DNA of 63,886 bases, the filler included, from Octopus bimaculoides (lineage: Eukaryota): NCBI RefSeq assembly GCF_001194135.2. It is 5 parts of 5 records of this genome, joined end to end, with 100 filler letters (N's around TTAATTAATTAA, not from the genome) between each part and the next. Parts side by side here need not be neighbours in the genome. Positions count along the whole stretch, not along the records: positions 1 to 17,952 come from NC_069003.1; positions 18,053 to 49,240 come from NC_068982.1; positions 49,341 to 60,482 come from NC_069001.1; 2 more parts are not named here. The stretch is one strand, 5' to 3'. The first letter of the stretch is position 1. Every line of letters starts with the position of its first letter. This document shows positions 13,230 through 54,494 of this stretch, in pieces. The notes below the pieces were generated by a model. It had not been told where the DNA came from and searched no databases. It saw nothing but the letters and a program-made list of their open reading frames with translations. The position numbers and the translations under genes were made by a program.

Positions 13230-13384
13230 GAGTACAAGGAGTTCGAGTGGTTGCTGGCTGAGACCTGTGGACATAGGATATACTTCGCCTTCATCACTTC
13301 ACAGGTGAAATATGTGGAGGAGGTGTCTCGGTACAGAAAATACTACCGTCGTTTAAGAGCTCTTGAGGTGATTCCTGAAAATGT
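13230..13384 (+). CDS. Candidate exon of an unidentified plus-strand gene ([52 protein letters not shown])
   Basis: Non-repetitive, coding-like island amid microsatellites. TAG acceptor with a weak pyrimidine tract. Possible donors at 13368 (gtgatt) or 13385 (gtatgt). Confidence 0.45.
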
Positions 13385-13495
13385 GTATGTATGTGTGTGT
13401 GTATGTGTGTGCATACATTTGTGTAAGTTTGTGTGTGTGTGCAAAGTATGTGTGTGTAAGTATGTATGTGTGTAAGTATGTGTGTGGTTGTGTGT

Positions 13496-13561
<66 letters not shown>

Positions 13562-13787
13562 GTATATATGCTTGTATGTATGTATATATGTGCATACATG
13601 TATATGTATGTATATATATATGTGTGTGTGTATAACATATTTTCATTTATATGTGCATTTGTGTATGCATATGTGTGTGTGTCTGTGTGTGTGTGTGTGT
13701 GTGTGTATGAATGAGTGTGTATAAATACATATATAGTGATACAAATGTTTGTGTGCAATCATGTTGGTATGTATACATTGGTGTGCG

Positions 13788-13830
<43 letters not shown>

Positions 13831-14177
13831 TTGTATATATACATGTGTGTGTGTATATGTGTGTGTGCGCGTGTATGTTTATGCGTGTGTGTATGTACGC
13901 GTGTGCGTATGTGTACGCGTGTGTATATATATCTATGAATGCATGCATGCATGCATGTATATACATGTTTGTATGTGTGTGCTTGTGTTTCTGTAGGTGT
14001 GCAAATATATATTCACACTACATACATACACACACACACACACACGTAGAAACACTCATGTACATACAGTGAACATCTCACCTAGGCACTCATATGTATG
14101 CGTGTGTGAGTGTGTATGTGTGAGTGTGTGTGAGAGTGTGTGCGTGTGTGTGCACATACATACACACATATATATAT

Positions 14178-14209
<32 letters not shown>

Positions 14210-14327
14210 GTATGTGTGTATGTACATACATACATATGTATGTATATACACACATGTATGTATGAACATACATGCATACATGTGTATGTATGTATATATT
14301 TATGTGTGTGTGTGTGTGTGTGTGTGT

Positions 14328-14380
<53 letters not shown>

Positions 14381-14630
14381 GGAACGATTAAGAAAGTGTG
14401 CGTGTGTAAGGAAAGCATTTCAATGTACATTATATGTGTGTGTGAGTGTAGTATTGTGTATACGTGTGTGTGAGAGAGAAAGGGAGAGAGAAAGGAAGAA
14501 AGAAAGAAAGAGAGAGAGGGGGGAGAGTGCGTGCGTTTGTGTGTGAATACAAGAGATCGTTTGAAGAGAGTGTTTGAAACAATAAAAACAAAGAGTGGGT
14601 GTGACAAAATGACAGCCTCCCTCTCACCAG

Positions 14631-14715
14631 CTGGAGTAGAAAAGACTGGAAGAGCTGCTTCAAGTATTGTGATATAACGTCTCCTGCTATAAATGCTGAG
14701 CGTATAAAAATGTAG
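14631..14715 (+). CDS. Candidate terminal coding exon of the same gene (WSRKDWKSCFKYCDITSPAINAERIKM*)
   Basis: Good acceptor cctccctctcaccag. In frame with the 13385 donor. A strong donor AAG|gtaagc follows at 14759. Confidence 0.4.
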
Positions 14716-14899
14716 ACCATTTTTTCTATTGCTGAATATTTAGTCTGCAATTCTAAAGGTAAGCATCTTATTAGACATTAATATGGTTATTCCTTTCTTC
14801 GTTTTTTGTTCGTCACTCAGGGGAGCTAGGATAGCATCTATGGCCCTTCTCAAGGCCTCTGAGACTGGTGAGAAGTAGAGCAAAAAAAAATGAGGGAGT

Positions 14900-15450
14900 T
14901 ATCTTCGGCGTGGATATCTGCAACGAGTTCTCGCAATAAAAAGAAGAGAAGGTACCCAAGGACCGGACGGAGGTGTCAGACCGAACAATGGATTAATTCT
15001 ATACGACAAGAACAGGATCGATTCCCGTGTAGTCAAACACTGGTTAGGCTTGTGTAGGTAGCAGGCATTCGTCGCCGTCATGTATCGTACGCTTCGCAGT
15101 GTGCTGACAACACCACAACGGAAGTCTTTCAGATTAAGCGCGAATTCTTCCATCAGATAAAGCCAAAGCGCTACTTCGTTCTAACTTTCTCATAGTGTTT
15201 TCTTAGCAAGGATATTGGGGGTAATCTGCCATTGCCTTCCCCAACTGGGTGGCCGTTGGCCCACAAGAAACTCATCCGCCCTTCGACGGATCTTGTTTAT
15301 AAATTCTGTTGAGTCTCAGAACACACTCCTCATGGGAATAGCAAGCTACTCAAGTGGGGGAGCCGGTTTAGCCGCCGAACACTCGACCATGAAAGAAGTG
15401 GTACTAATTTACATGATACCAGTAGCAGGTTTCACCAGCCTGTGATCAGA
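14900..15450 (+). mobile_element. Possible ancient LINE RT remnant
   Basis: GGVRP... and CADNTT resemble GVRQG and YADD motifs, with stops. GC-richer island. Confidence 0.25.
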
Positions 15451-15879
15451 TCCCTGACCTGACAATAGCAGGCGTTTCTACTTTAAACTGGTTTACTTTG
15501 AGTGGGAGCCTGTATTAACTCTACATTAGCTAAACATTAATTAGAACACTCATTTGAAATTCAGTAACGTCTTCAAGCGGTTGCAACCAAAATGCGTTTC
15601 TGAATACTATTTCAGGTATCTCTGATCTGCATTAGCTATGGTTGGTCCTCAATTTCATGTTGTATGTCCGTCCTCAATTTCATGTTGTATGTCCCTGCCA
15701 ATAATATCAATGTAGTTTAGTGGGGTTTTGCCCTCTATTACTCTCCAAAATGTAACGTCTAACAAGAAGTTCAGCGCGATTGCAGTGGTAAGTAAAGCCT
15801 CTATGCCTTAAGCAATAACAATACAAATAGGTAGATGGAATAGATCTATAAATCAATCTATTCTAGTAATGAAATTGAT

Positions 15880-16350
15880 TTCAAATTTTAGCACAAGGCC
15901 AGCAATTTGTTGGGGGCAGAGGGTAAGTCGATTACATCGACCCTGGTATTCAACTAGCCCTTATTTATCGACCCCAAAGGTACGAAAGACATAGTCGACC
16001 TCGGCGGAATTTGAACTCAGAACGTAAAGACGGACGAAATGCCGCTATGCATTTTGCCCGGGGTGCTAACGATTCAGCCAGTACGAAGCCTTATTCTAGT
16101 AATGAAACTGATATATGTAAAATGTCACAAATATTATTTTCTACTCTAGGCACAAGGCCCGAAAGTTTGGGGGAGGGGGCCAGTAGATTAGATCGACCCC
16201 TGGACGCAACTGGTACTTAATTTATCGATCCCAAAAGGATGAAAGGCAAAGTCGACCTCGGCGGAATTTGAACTCAGAATGTAAAGACAGAAAAAAAAAA
16301 CCGCTAAGCATTTCACGGCGTGCTAACGTTTCAGCCAGCTCGCCGCCTTG
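15880..16350 (-). mobile_element. Two tandem SINE family A copies
   Basis: Reverse-complement match to the family A consensus. Confidence 0.8.
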
Positions 16351-16712
16351 AAGGTCACAAGTATTACTGATATTATTCCTTTCACAAACTTAAACAAAAA
16401 TGAATTAGAATATGGTTGTTGTTGTTGCTGTCGTTCTTGTTTTTGATGTTGCTGTTGTTATTGTTTTTGATGTTGCTGTTGTTTCATCGGTCGCCAGTGA
16501 GAAACTTCTTTCTTTCGATATGAAAGTTGAAACCACAATATATTTTAGCGAGAACATCATGCATAATGCAACAAAGGGCATGTATTTGTATCGCTGTGCG
16601 GTTTGCAAATTCACTGCATATCTAAGTCTATAAACAGACAGACAGACGGATAGATAGATAGATAGATAGATATTTACATGCATAAATACATTGAAATATG
16701 TATATATATATA

Positions 16713-16975
16713 CTGTTGTGTCTGGAGAGAGTCATTTTCTTATTGTGCCTTTAACGCTCTCACCGGTAAAATTTCCACTTATTTTTCTTTTTATTTTTAT
16801 TTTTTTTATTTTCCTAAAAATAAAAATTAAAAACTTAAAAAATTTAAATTTTAAAAAAAACAATAAAAAAATTAGAAAATAAAAAATATAAAAAGAAAAA
16901 TAAGTGGAAATTTTACCGGTGAGTGTGTTAAATTTTAAGGCACAATAAGAAAATGACTCTCCCCAGACACAACAG
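16713..16975. mobile_element. Palindromic MITE/fold-back, about 260 bp
   Basis: Inverted arms of about 85 bp (CTGTTGTGTCTGGRGAGAGTCATTTTCTTATTGTGCCT...CACCGGTAAAATTTCCACTTATTTTTCTTTTTA) around a T-rich/A-rich core. Confidence 0.8.
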
Positions 16976-17798
16976 AATATGCTTCAACACACGATATCAC
17001 ATTAAAAATCTTGCAAACCAAATCCAAAAACGAAATGTATATATATCGGACGATTACAGTCCTGTCAGTATATATATATATATATATACAATTATGTGCA
17101 TTAGAACATTTTAGCTCTTATTTCTAGCAATGTAGGTGTTTATAACACCCTAGTTACATTTAATGACAGTTAGTAATTGTTGCAATTTCAATTTTGCTAT
17201 ATTTAAATCATAATGTAAATTCAAATTCATAAAATGTTGCATCATTATAATCATTATAGGTCGACTTTGTCTTTCGTACTTTTGGGGTCGATAAATAAGG
17301 ACTAGTTGAATACCAGAGTCGTGCGGTGATGTTTCTGGTTGGGAACGTAATGACTAAAATTTTCTGTCACGTAGATATTTGAATCAAATTGACATGTTCA
17401 TACTATACAGCTATTTTTAAAATTTAAAAAAAGCACATTTTATATTAAAGGTGTTCTGTAATTTGAAAAAGTATAAAATAGTAATTGAATAGACGAAGAA
17501 AATTACGCAAGTTATCTTTTCAGCGCTTTTCTGATGGAAGCAGAGTGTCAACTTGCTTCCTTTTTCCTGTGTAAGTGTTACATAACAACGTAAGGTTATA
17601 TATATCATATGTATTGCGAATGGACAGAAGCTTAATCTAAGCATATAAGTATTTATTAGCATCTAAAATTATTCGTTTTCAGCTCTTACTAAAAAAACAT
17701 TGTCTTCGTGGCATTTATATCGGAAAATTCTTTTAAATATTACACCTAAAAGGATGCAACAGCTCGTGTTGCTTCCCTTGCACAGATTTTTTTTTTGT

Positions 17799-17869
17799 GT
17801 CGTCTGCCACTGGTGTCGTCTGCCACTGGTGTCGTCTGCCACTGGTGTCGTCTGCCACTGGTGTCGTCT
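17799..17869. repeat. 16-bp minisatellite x4.4 (GTCGTCTGCCACTGGT)
   Basis: Perfect tandem copies. Confidence 0.9.
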
Positions 17870-18052
17870 CAAGCTAATTCCGACAATAAAAGTCTGAAGC
17901 CTATGCTGTCATGTACTCTTTTACTTGTTTCAGTTATTTGACTGCGGCCATGNNNNNNNNNNNNNNNNNNNNNNNNNNNNNNNNNNNNNNNNNNNNTTAA
18001 TTAATTAANNNNNNNNNNNNNNNNNNNNNNNNNNNNNNNNNNNNNNNNNNNN

Positions 18053-18100
<48 letters not shown>

Positions 18101-19033
18101 CGTTAAACACCGACTTTCATTGGGATTTGGGTCGACCATTTTCCTATATTTATATCGAATGTTTGTTATTCCTTACCTACTAAGCGCATCAGTTTGAGGG
18201 AGTAACAATATAGTCATTCGTCTCTCCAGATTTAGCGCCCAAATCCCTCGTAAATCACACCTGTCGCCTTTTAAAATGAAGAACTCAGCAGACACTTTAG
18301 TCCCACGTACTAATGAAAAACTAACGCGTTGATCTTGGACGTAGCATCGATTATCGGACTACTCAAACAGCTTTAGCCTCGGTATAAACAAAACAAAAAA
18401 ACAGCCTCAAATTGTAATGGAGGATACATTAGACAGCATTGTCTTTTAAAATGAGTTGATTTTCATGACTTAAAAGTACCTTGAAGAAAGGAAGAACACA
18501 TTGAATAAAGAGACAGGATGCTCGGTACTCGAGTACAGTTGGTCATAGGTCGTTTCGTTTCATCAGAGCTGATATGGTGATTTGGATGGGTTTTGTTTCA
18601 ATATCAAAAGAAAAAGTAACATCCAAATACTTCAAGCTAAGTGATCCATCGATCTGCTAGAAGGGGCAAGCAAAGATCCTTCAAATCACACTCAACCATC
18701 AAAAACAAGGATAAATCTGGATACCATAAATCTTCGATATATTATGCCTGAAAACGAAAGACAACGAAATCATAGTAGGAAGCTTTCGCTCATTGATCTG
18801 CTTGAACAGCCATTTTGGTCCAAATATCAAAACGTACAATAGTGACGACAACAACAGCAGCAATAACAACAATAACAACAAAAGTTTTAGTTATTTATTT
18901 ATTTAGTTATGTATTTATTTAGTGTATTTCTCTGTTCATATCCTGTTGTATATCATACTCTTATCACTATTAATATTTTGTGAGTATTGTGTGAACGCGC
19001 ATGCGTGTGTGAGTGTGTGTGTGAGCGTGTGCG

Positions 19034-19069
<36 letters not shown>

Positions 19070-19222
19070 GTGTGTGTCAGTATTTTAGTGTAGGTACGTG
19101 AAAATCTTCGATGGGGAGGAAAATTTATTCATGCACGCGCATGTATATGTGCGTGAGTGTGTATATGCATATGCTCTTGTATGGGCAGTTGAATTTATAA
19201 ACATACATACGAGTGTATATAC

Positions 19223-19265
<43 letters not shown>

Positions 19266-19950
19266 GTTTATGTATGTCTGTATGAGCATGCTTGAGTGTA
19301 TTCGACCGGGTACATATGCTTGCATTTATTTAGGAACAAAGGCTTGTGTGTGTATGTCTTCGTGCGCATGTGTGTATATATATATATATATATATGTTTA
19401 TCCACGTGTTTATGTGCAGAGGTGGAGGGTGATGATGATGAAGACGTCGATAGTCGCGATCTTAGCGCTGTTGGTGAAGGTGCTGACGNNNNNNNNNNNN
19501 NNNNNNNNNNNNNNNNNNNNNNNNNNNNNNNNNNNNNNNNNNNNNNNNNNNNNNNNNNNNNNNNNNNNNNNNNNNNNNNNNNNNNNNNNNNNNNNNNNNN
19601 NNNNNNNNNNNNNNNNNNNNNNNNNNNNNNNNNNNNNNNNNNNNNNNNNNNNNNNNNNNNTTTTCTCCTATAATGTTGTCAAGACAATTGTTTCTACATT
19701 GCCTTACATAGGAAAAAAAAAACAATCACACGTCTTCCGTTAAAAGTATGTTAATTAGAGATTGGCAATTGTTGGAGGGAAAGAAATTAATGAGATTCAT
19801 GCATTTTCCCAATGTAAGGGAACCGAAATGATAATAACCGGAGATCGAATCGGAACCAATGAGAACGTTCTCCCTTCGATTTGTGATAATATCTACAGAT
19901 TGATACTTTGTCAGATTCATGATGATTATCAAAATTGTTATTACTAGTTA

Positions 19951-19994
<44 letters not shown>

Positions 19995-20235
19995 CGCATA
20001 TGTGCATGTGTATATATATATTCTGCCTGCAGTTAGGAAGATGGAGGTATATATTATAAATTCACCAAGACTAAAATCAAAATGCGTCCCGATACACATA
20101 TCGATTTACGTAACAGCGAGAATAATGTACCATATTGGAAATGGTGTTGTTACAAATGTATAAAGTTCCAAATACATGCAAATAACTTATACACAGAAAA
20201 TATATTATATGAATATACATATATACATACATACA

Positions 20236-20266
<31 letters not shown>

Positions 20267-20445
20267 GTATGTTTGTATGTACGTATGTATATATGCACGT
20301 ATGTATTATAACGTCTTTTGTATTTTACGCGAAAAAAACAATACCCTTGTTCTTTACATCTATACAGGTATGTATGTACATGTATACATACGTGTGACTA
20401 TATATATATATAATGGGTAATAAAACGGGTGGTTTACACATGGTA

Positions 20446-20494
<49 letters not shown>

Positions 20495-20523
20495 AACACT
20501 TTTATTCTGGGTCTTTTACGACA

Positions 20524-48371
<27,848 letters not shown>

Positions 48372-48839
48372 CTGAATGAAGAAGAAAAAAGTTCATTAAA
48401 ATATCTTATTTATAAACTATATATTAATAATTATCTATCAGTTGAGAGAGAGAAACAGAGAGAGTGTGGTAGATAGTTATGAATAGAATATGCATTACGT
48501 ATTATATAGTAACGCTTCGTTCCGTTTGTAGAAACAGCTGTAAGCTACTGATTTAATAAAAAAAATAGTTTTCTTATGTATATATATCTGTAAAAATATT
48601 TAACACTTATTCGGTAGCCATGATAAAACTCCGAGTTTCGGATGCCGGAGTGGGAGCCCACGCCAACATCTCTTCGGGTACAGGACGTCACCAACGGTGC
48701 AAATAACATGAAACACGTAAGCAACGAGAAAAAATGGAAAACAGGAAAGTAAATACAGAGAAAGACCCTTCATCAGTTGGCTATCTACTCCCCATAAACA
48801 AATATTTTTATTTTNNNNNNNNNNNNNNNNNNNNNNNNN

Positions 48840-48877
<38 letters not shown>

Positions 48878-49435
48878 TCAGATATATACATGCATACATT
48901 CAGACTATATATATATATATATATACATATATATAATATATACACATACATACGTTCAAACATATATATACGTGTGTGTGTGTGTGTGTGTGTGTGTCTG
49001 TCTGTCTGTGTGTCTGTGTTTACATAGGAAGTGTATTTGTTATTGCTCTCTGAAACATTAATTCAATGAGTAAAAAGATAATTTTGTACGTTAAAAGGAT
49101 AGTAAATGTAAGTTTAAAAATGGCGAAGATATGAAGATATACATTGCACACATAGACACAGACACATTCTCAAACACACACATATTCACACGCATACGTA
49201 CACACACGCACGCACTCAAAGAAAGATGGATATATATATANNNNNNNNNNNNNNNNNNNNNNNNNNNNNNNNNNNNNNNNNNNNTTAATTAATTAANNNN
49301 NNNNNNNNNNNNNNNNNNNNNNNNNNNNNNNNNNNNNNNNCATATACACATACAAACACACCTGCAAACTTACATGAGTATATGTGTGCACGTACGTATA
49401 TGTGTATATACATACATAGACACATACTTCGATAA

Positions 49436-49481
<46 letters not shown>

Positions 49482-49829
49482 GCGAGAGATAGAAAGAGAG
49501 AGAAAGGAGGGGAGGAGGGGGCAGAGGTAAAGAATAGTGGTGAGTGTATAGAAGAGGTAGTGTTGCAGAAACATTACTAAACACTTGCAACAACCGAAGA
49601 CACTGTACTATTTCACAGAGACTGTACTATTTATAAACATAGAACACTCTCTCTGTTGAAAATATTGCCATTGAACTTACAGATCGATATTCAAAGTTCA
49701 CCAGCTACATTACAGTATTCTAACGTTTTGTACACCCCCTTTATATACGCAGGCACGCACACACACACACACACACACACAACATTATTGTATTATAATG
49801 TGTTATGCACGCTATGTATGTACATACAA

Positions 49830-50295
49830 TACACCACTCTTCCCACGATACGTCTCTGTCTGTCTGTCTCTCTTCTCACAAGACACCAGTCTTTTAATCT
49901 ACAATACGCTGCTGTCTCCCTTCCCACAACACACCACTATCTGTCTCTTCCCATAACACACAACTGTGTCTCTCTTCCCACACCACGCCACTCTCACTCT
50001 TCCTACAACACGCCACTACCTCTATCTTCCCACAACACGCCACTGTCTCCCTTTCCCACAACACATCACTATCTCTATCTTCCCACAACACGCCACAGTG
50101 TCTCTGTTCCCACAACATGCCACAGTGTCTCTTTTCCCACAACGCGCCGCTATCTCTATCTTGCCACAACACGTCACTGTCTCTCTCTCCCTCTTCCTAC
50201 AACACGCCACTGTGTCTCCCTTCCCACAACACGTCACTGTCTCTATCTTCCCGAAAGACGTCACGTCACACTGCTGTCTCTCTTCCCATGCCACT
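49830..50295. repeat. Degenerate tandem repeat of about 30-35 bp (TCTCTTCCCACAACACGCCACTGTC)
   Basis: About 12 diverged copies. Confidence 0.8.
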
Positions 50296-51878
50296 GTATT
50301 TTATGCACCCGCCATCATGTATCTATGAATACTTCGTAAGAATCATTATCGCCTTCCTAACTCCAAGCTAGATGTTCTCTTTCTAATTTCAATATCTTCT
50401 CTAACCACAACAAACAAGTTACTGTTTAACATTCTCCGCGTTCTACTTCGTCTTTTCTCCGCTGTGGTTGATGTCGTTGTTGTTGAATCCAGCAGATTGC
50501 TTGTAGTGATTCTCTCCACAGTTAATCCAGATTTCAGATAAATATCATTATTTTATTGAATAAAAGGTTTCTTTAATGAATGTCAACAAAAGAGAAAACC
50601 GGTTATTTAACGAGGTTCATATTTGCAGATAGAAGTTCGCTCGGTGATTGTGTTTATGGCTAATTTAATGAAGTATCACGCTTCCACGGTAAACAGGCTT
50701 CTGTATGTACGTACGTATGTATGTGTGTATTCATATATGTGTGTACGTACGTATGTATGTATGTGTGTATGTATGTATTCATATATGTGTGTACGTATGT
50801 ATGTATGCATGCATGCATTTATGTATGTCTGTACATTTATGCATGTAAGTTAATGCATGCATGTATGTACATATGTATGTATGTATATATGTATGTATAC
50901 ATTTATGTATGTACTTATGTATGCATGTATGTATGTGTGTGTATGTATATGTGTGTATGTATGTGTATGTATGTGTGTATGTATGTGTGTATGTGTGTGT
51001 ATGTATGCATGCATTTATGCATGTATATGTGTGTATGTATGTACATATGAATATATATGCATGCAAGTATGTATATGTGTGTGCGTATGCATGCATCTAC
51101 GAATGTATGTATGCGTGTATGTATGCGTGTATGTATGGAAGTGTGTATATGTGTGTATATCTATGTATGCATACATATGTGCATATGTATCTGCGTATGT
51201 ATGTATATGCAAGCATGTGGATATGTATATACATATATGTGTATGTATGTGCTTGTGTATATTTGAATGTGTGTATGGATGTTTGTATGTATGTCCGTAT
51301 ATGTATGTACATATTCTGTGTACATGATTGTGCTTATGCATGTGCATCGGTATGTGTGTGTGTATGTATAGATGCGTGCGTGTGAAGCCATCCATCTTTG
51401 CTTGAAGTTTGTTTATTTTCGTTCATAACCAGCTGACTCGAACAATGCGCAGCTGCTGTCCCGAGAGGAAACGCAAGGCAGCGGTGATGACAGTTCCACT
51501 GCAACATCCACCATATATATATATATATATATATANNNNNNNNNNNNNNNNNNNNNNNNNNNNNNNNNNNNNNNNNNNNNNNNNNNNNNNNNNNNNNNNN
51601 NNNNNNNNNNNNNNNNNNNNNNNNNNNNNNNNNNNNNNNNNNNNNNNNNNNNNNNNNNNNNNNNNNNNNNNNNNNNNNNNNNNNNNNNNNNNNNNNNNNN
51701 NNNNNNNNNNNNNNNNNNNNNNNNNNNNNNNNNNNNNNNNNNNNNNNNNNNNNNNNNNNNNNNNNNNNNNNNNNNNNNNNNNNNNNNNNNNNNNNNNNNN
51801 NNNNNNNNNNNNNNNNNNNNNNNNNNNNNNNNNNNNNNNNNNNNNNNNNNNNNNNNNNNNNNNNNNNNNNNNNNNNNN

Positions 51879-51910
<32 letters not shown>

Positions 51911-52700
51911 TCAGAAACACACACATCGCCCGGTATGAGATTCGAACCCACGATCCCTCGACCGCGAGTCCGCTTCTCTAACCACTAGGCCATTTGCTTC
52001 CACACACATACACACACACACACACACGTGTAACATAGCAACAATAAGGAACGGTACATTAGGCAATGAATCTCTAGATGCATTATGTCTGAATAAATGA
52101 TGGGATGGTCACATTTGGAGCATCTTTTATCAAAGACTTGTTGAATCAGGAGATGAACAACAAGGAGAGACATATTAGATGTAGTCCTAGGTATACTATG
52201 CCTGATGAAAATGTGGGATGGTCACAGCGGGAACCACTTTGGCCATTGGTCTGTTGGATCAATGCTGACTTGTGGTTAAAGAGCAGCAACAATAACGAAG
52301 GATAGAGTAGGTAATATAGTCTGACACACACCATGTCTGAATAAAAAACGAGATGGTCAGAATATATATGTATTTATATACACACATTTATCTTTATTTA
52401 TATACACTCACGTCTATGCATCGATATATATATTTAATTACTTTCACATGGTTTGATATTTCTCAAATATTTTATACTCTACATATATACATTTATATTT
52501 ATATATGTAAAGAGTATGAAAGGGATAAATTGTCCTGGCGGATACAGAATCATGTCATAAAATAGTAGAGATGTGGGCTATCCACAACAGTCCAATTACA
52601 TCGTACTCCAGTATAAATAGAGATTGGTGTTTGTAAGTTCCACTTGTTGGGTCGTTCCTTGTTCCTATTCAGAACTGCAAATATTCCGTAGACTATAGAA

Positions 52701-53084
52701 TTGAAAACGAAGAGGAGAACGGAGATTTATTCACATCCAAAACTTATTAAATTAAAAAAGAATTCTACAGCATATCTATATAACAATGACCAACATATGT
52801 TTCTACTGCAGCAACTGCACACTCCTCTGTATGCAATTATGCATCCTGGTCGCTGCAATTGCTTCAAGGGTCCGTCACTTACGACGTTTTCAAAGTGAAC
52901 TAATTCAAACGTCGTGAGGAATCCTTGATGCAATTGCAGCGACTAGGATGCATAACTGCATACGGAGCAATGTGCAGCTACTGCAATCGAAACATATGTT
53001 GGTCATTGTTATATATATATGCTGTAGAAAACTTTTTAAAAAATTTGGATTTGAATAAATCTTCGCTCTCCTCTTCGTTTTCAA
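52701..53084. mobile_element. Long fold-back element/MITE, about 385 bp
   Basis: Imperfect inverted arms of about 170 bp (TTGAAAACGAAGAGGAG...GCAATTGCWTCAAGG). Confidence 0.8.
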
Positions 53085-53144
53085 GTATATATGTATGTAT
53101 GTATAAAGGAGGCATAGACTTAGAAATCGCTATCAACATTTTCG

Positions 53145-53177
<33 letters not shown>

Positions 53178-53577
53178 ACTTCGAGGTCGTGGAGAGTGAA
53201 AGAAGGAGAGGGGGAACGAAATAGTGGCAGCTACAATGCTAAACCAGTCTTTCCCAATAGAGTTATTACCAGCCGCAACAAAGTGCTGTCACTTTATTCA
53301 AGAGAGACCGTCAAAATTACGGACAGATTCCGTTAAAAGGACAAACAAGAGGAGACAACTGAATTGATCGGTCGTTCCCTAATGGGCGCCATTTTGTCAT
53401 TATGTGTTTACTTACCCGGCAGCCATTGTAGAAATATTCATGTCATGAGTCAGGCACCTTGATTAATGCGTTTTATACATACATGCATACATTCATACAT
53501 ACTTATGTATGTGTGCATGTATGCATGTATATGTGTATGCATGTTTATATATATATGTGTGTGTGTGTGTATGTATG

Positions 53578-53613
<36 letters not shown>

Positions 53614-54494
53614 GTATGTATGTAAACAGACACAAGTGAATTTAGGCGCATACATGATGACTGTACATACATACATGTATATATNNNNNNNNNNNNNNNN
53701 NNNNNNNNNNNNNNNNNNNNNNNNNNNNNNNNNNNNNNNNNNNNNNNNNNNNNNNNNNNNTATATATATATATATTATATGCCTATATTCTCACAGATAC
53801 AGAAACGCGCCGACACACACATACATGATTACACACCTAACCACAAACACACAGGCACTTACATTTCATACGTATGTATACAAACACATCTATCTATCTA
53901 TCTATCTCTTTATATTATCATATAAAACCCATATATATCATATTCATATATATACAGTCGGTCTTCAATTCTCTCTCACACACACAATTAACACACACAA
54001 ATACACATTATCACGTAAACACACAAATTCATGAAAAGATATGTTCTACACAGTTTACGTTATGAATCTAGGCTCATTGTATCTGAACGTGGTTTATGGC
54101 AAAGTGAATAAAAAATATTCAAACAAGATGGCGGATATATTAAACTAGTGTCAAAATAAGAACATAACAGACGATAGATGTCTTTTTGTACGGTTTTTCA
54201 CTGTTTGTGGAGTTTCTATTTAAAATAGAGGAGAATGGAACTAAGAAAGGTTCTTTGACGGAACGAAACTACTAACAATGAAACCATGACAGGTTTTCAA
54301 TGTAACCACACCTTTCTGTCAAAGTGTCTTCTTTATTTCTTGATTGATTGGTTTATGTATCCAGTAGGTGTCGTTGTTGTTGTTTTTGTGGTGGTATTAG
54401 TAGTGATAGTAGTGATGGTGGTGCTGTTGTTTTGCCGCAAGCTAGCTTTGATCTAACAGATCCTGTATTTGTTCAACGATGCTCCAGCTGGGAC

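Noticed and set aside
13353-14607. Many YI/CV/HT-rich ORFs (also 50623-51395 and 58173-58919)
   Set aside because: Translations of (TA)n, (CA)n and (TACA)n microsatellites.
17997-18008. TTAATTAATTAA between N runs (also 49285, 60527, 62694)
   Set aside because: Identical all-frame-stop string centred in gaps; an assembly spacer artefact.
49681-49704. 24-nt RASEF microexon (tag|CTGGTG...TCT|gtaagt, LVNFEYRS)
   Set aside because: Open only in phase 0-0; in the phase needed to join the 48371 exon it contains TGA.
51400-51512. GC-richer island as an upstream RASEF exon
   Set aside because: No frame resembles the RASEF coiled coil or EF-hand, and there is no convincing splice pair.
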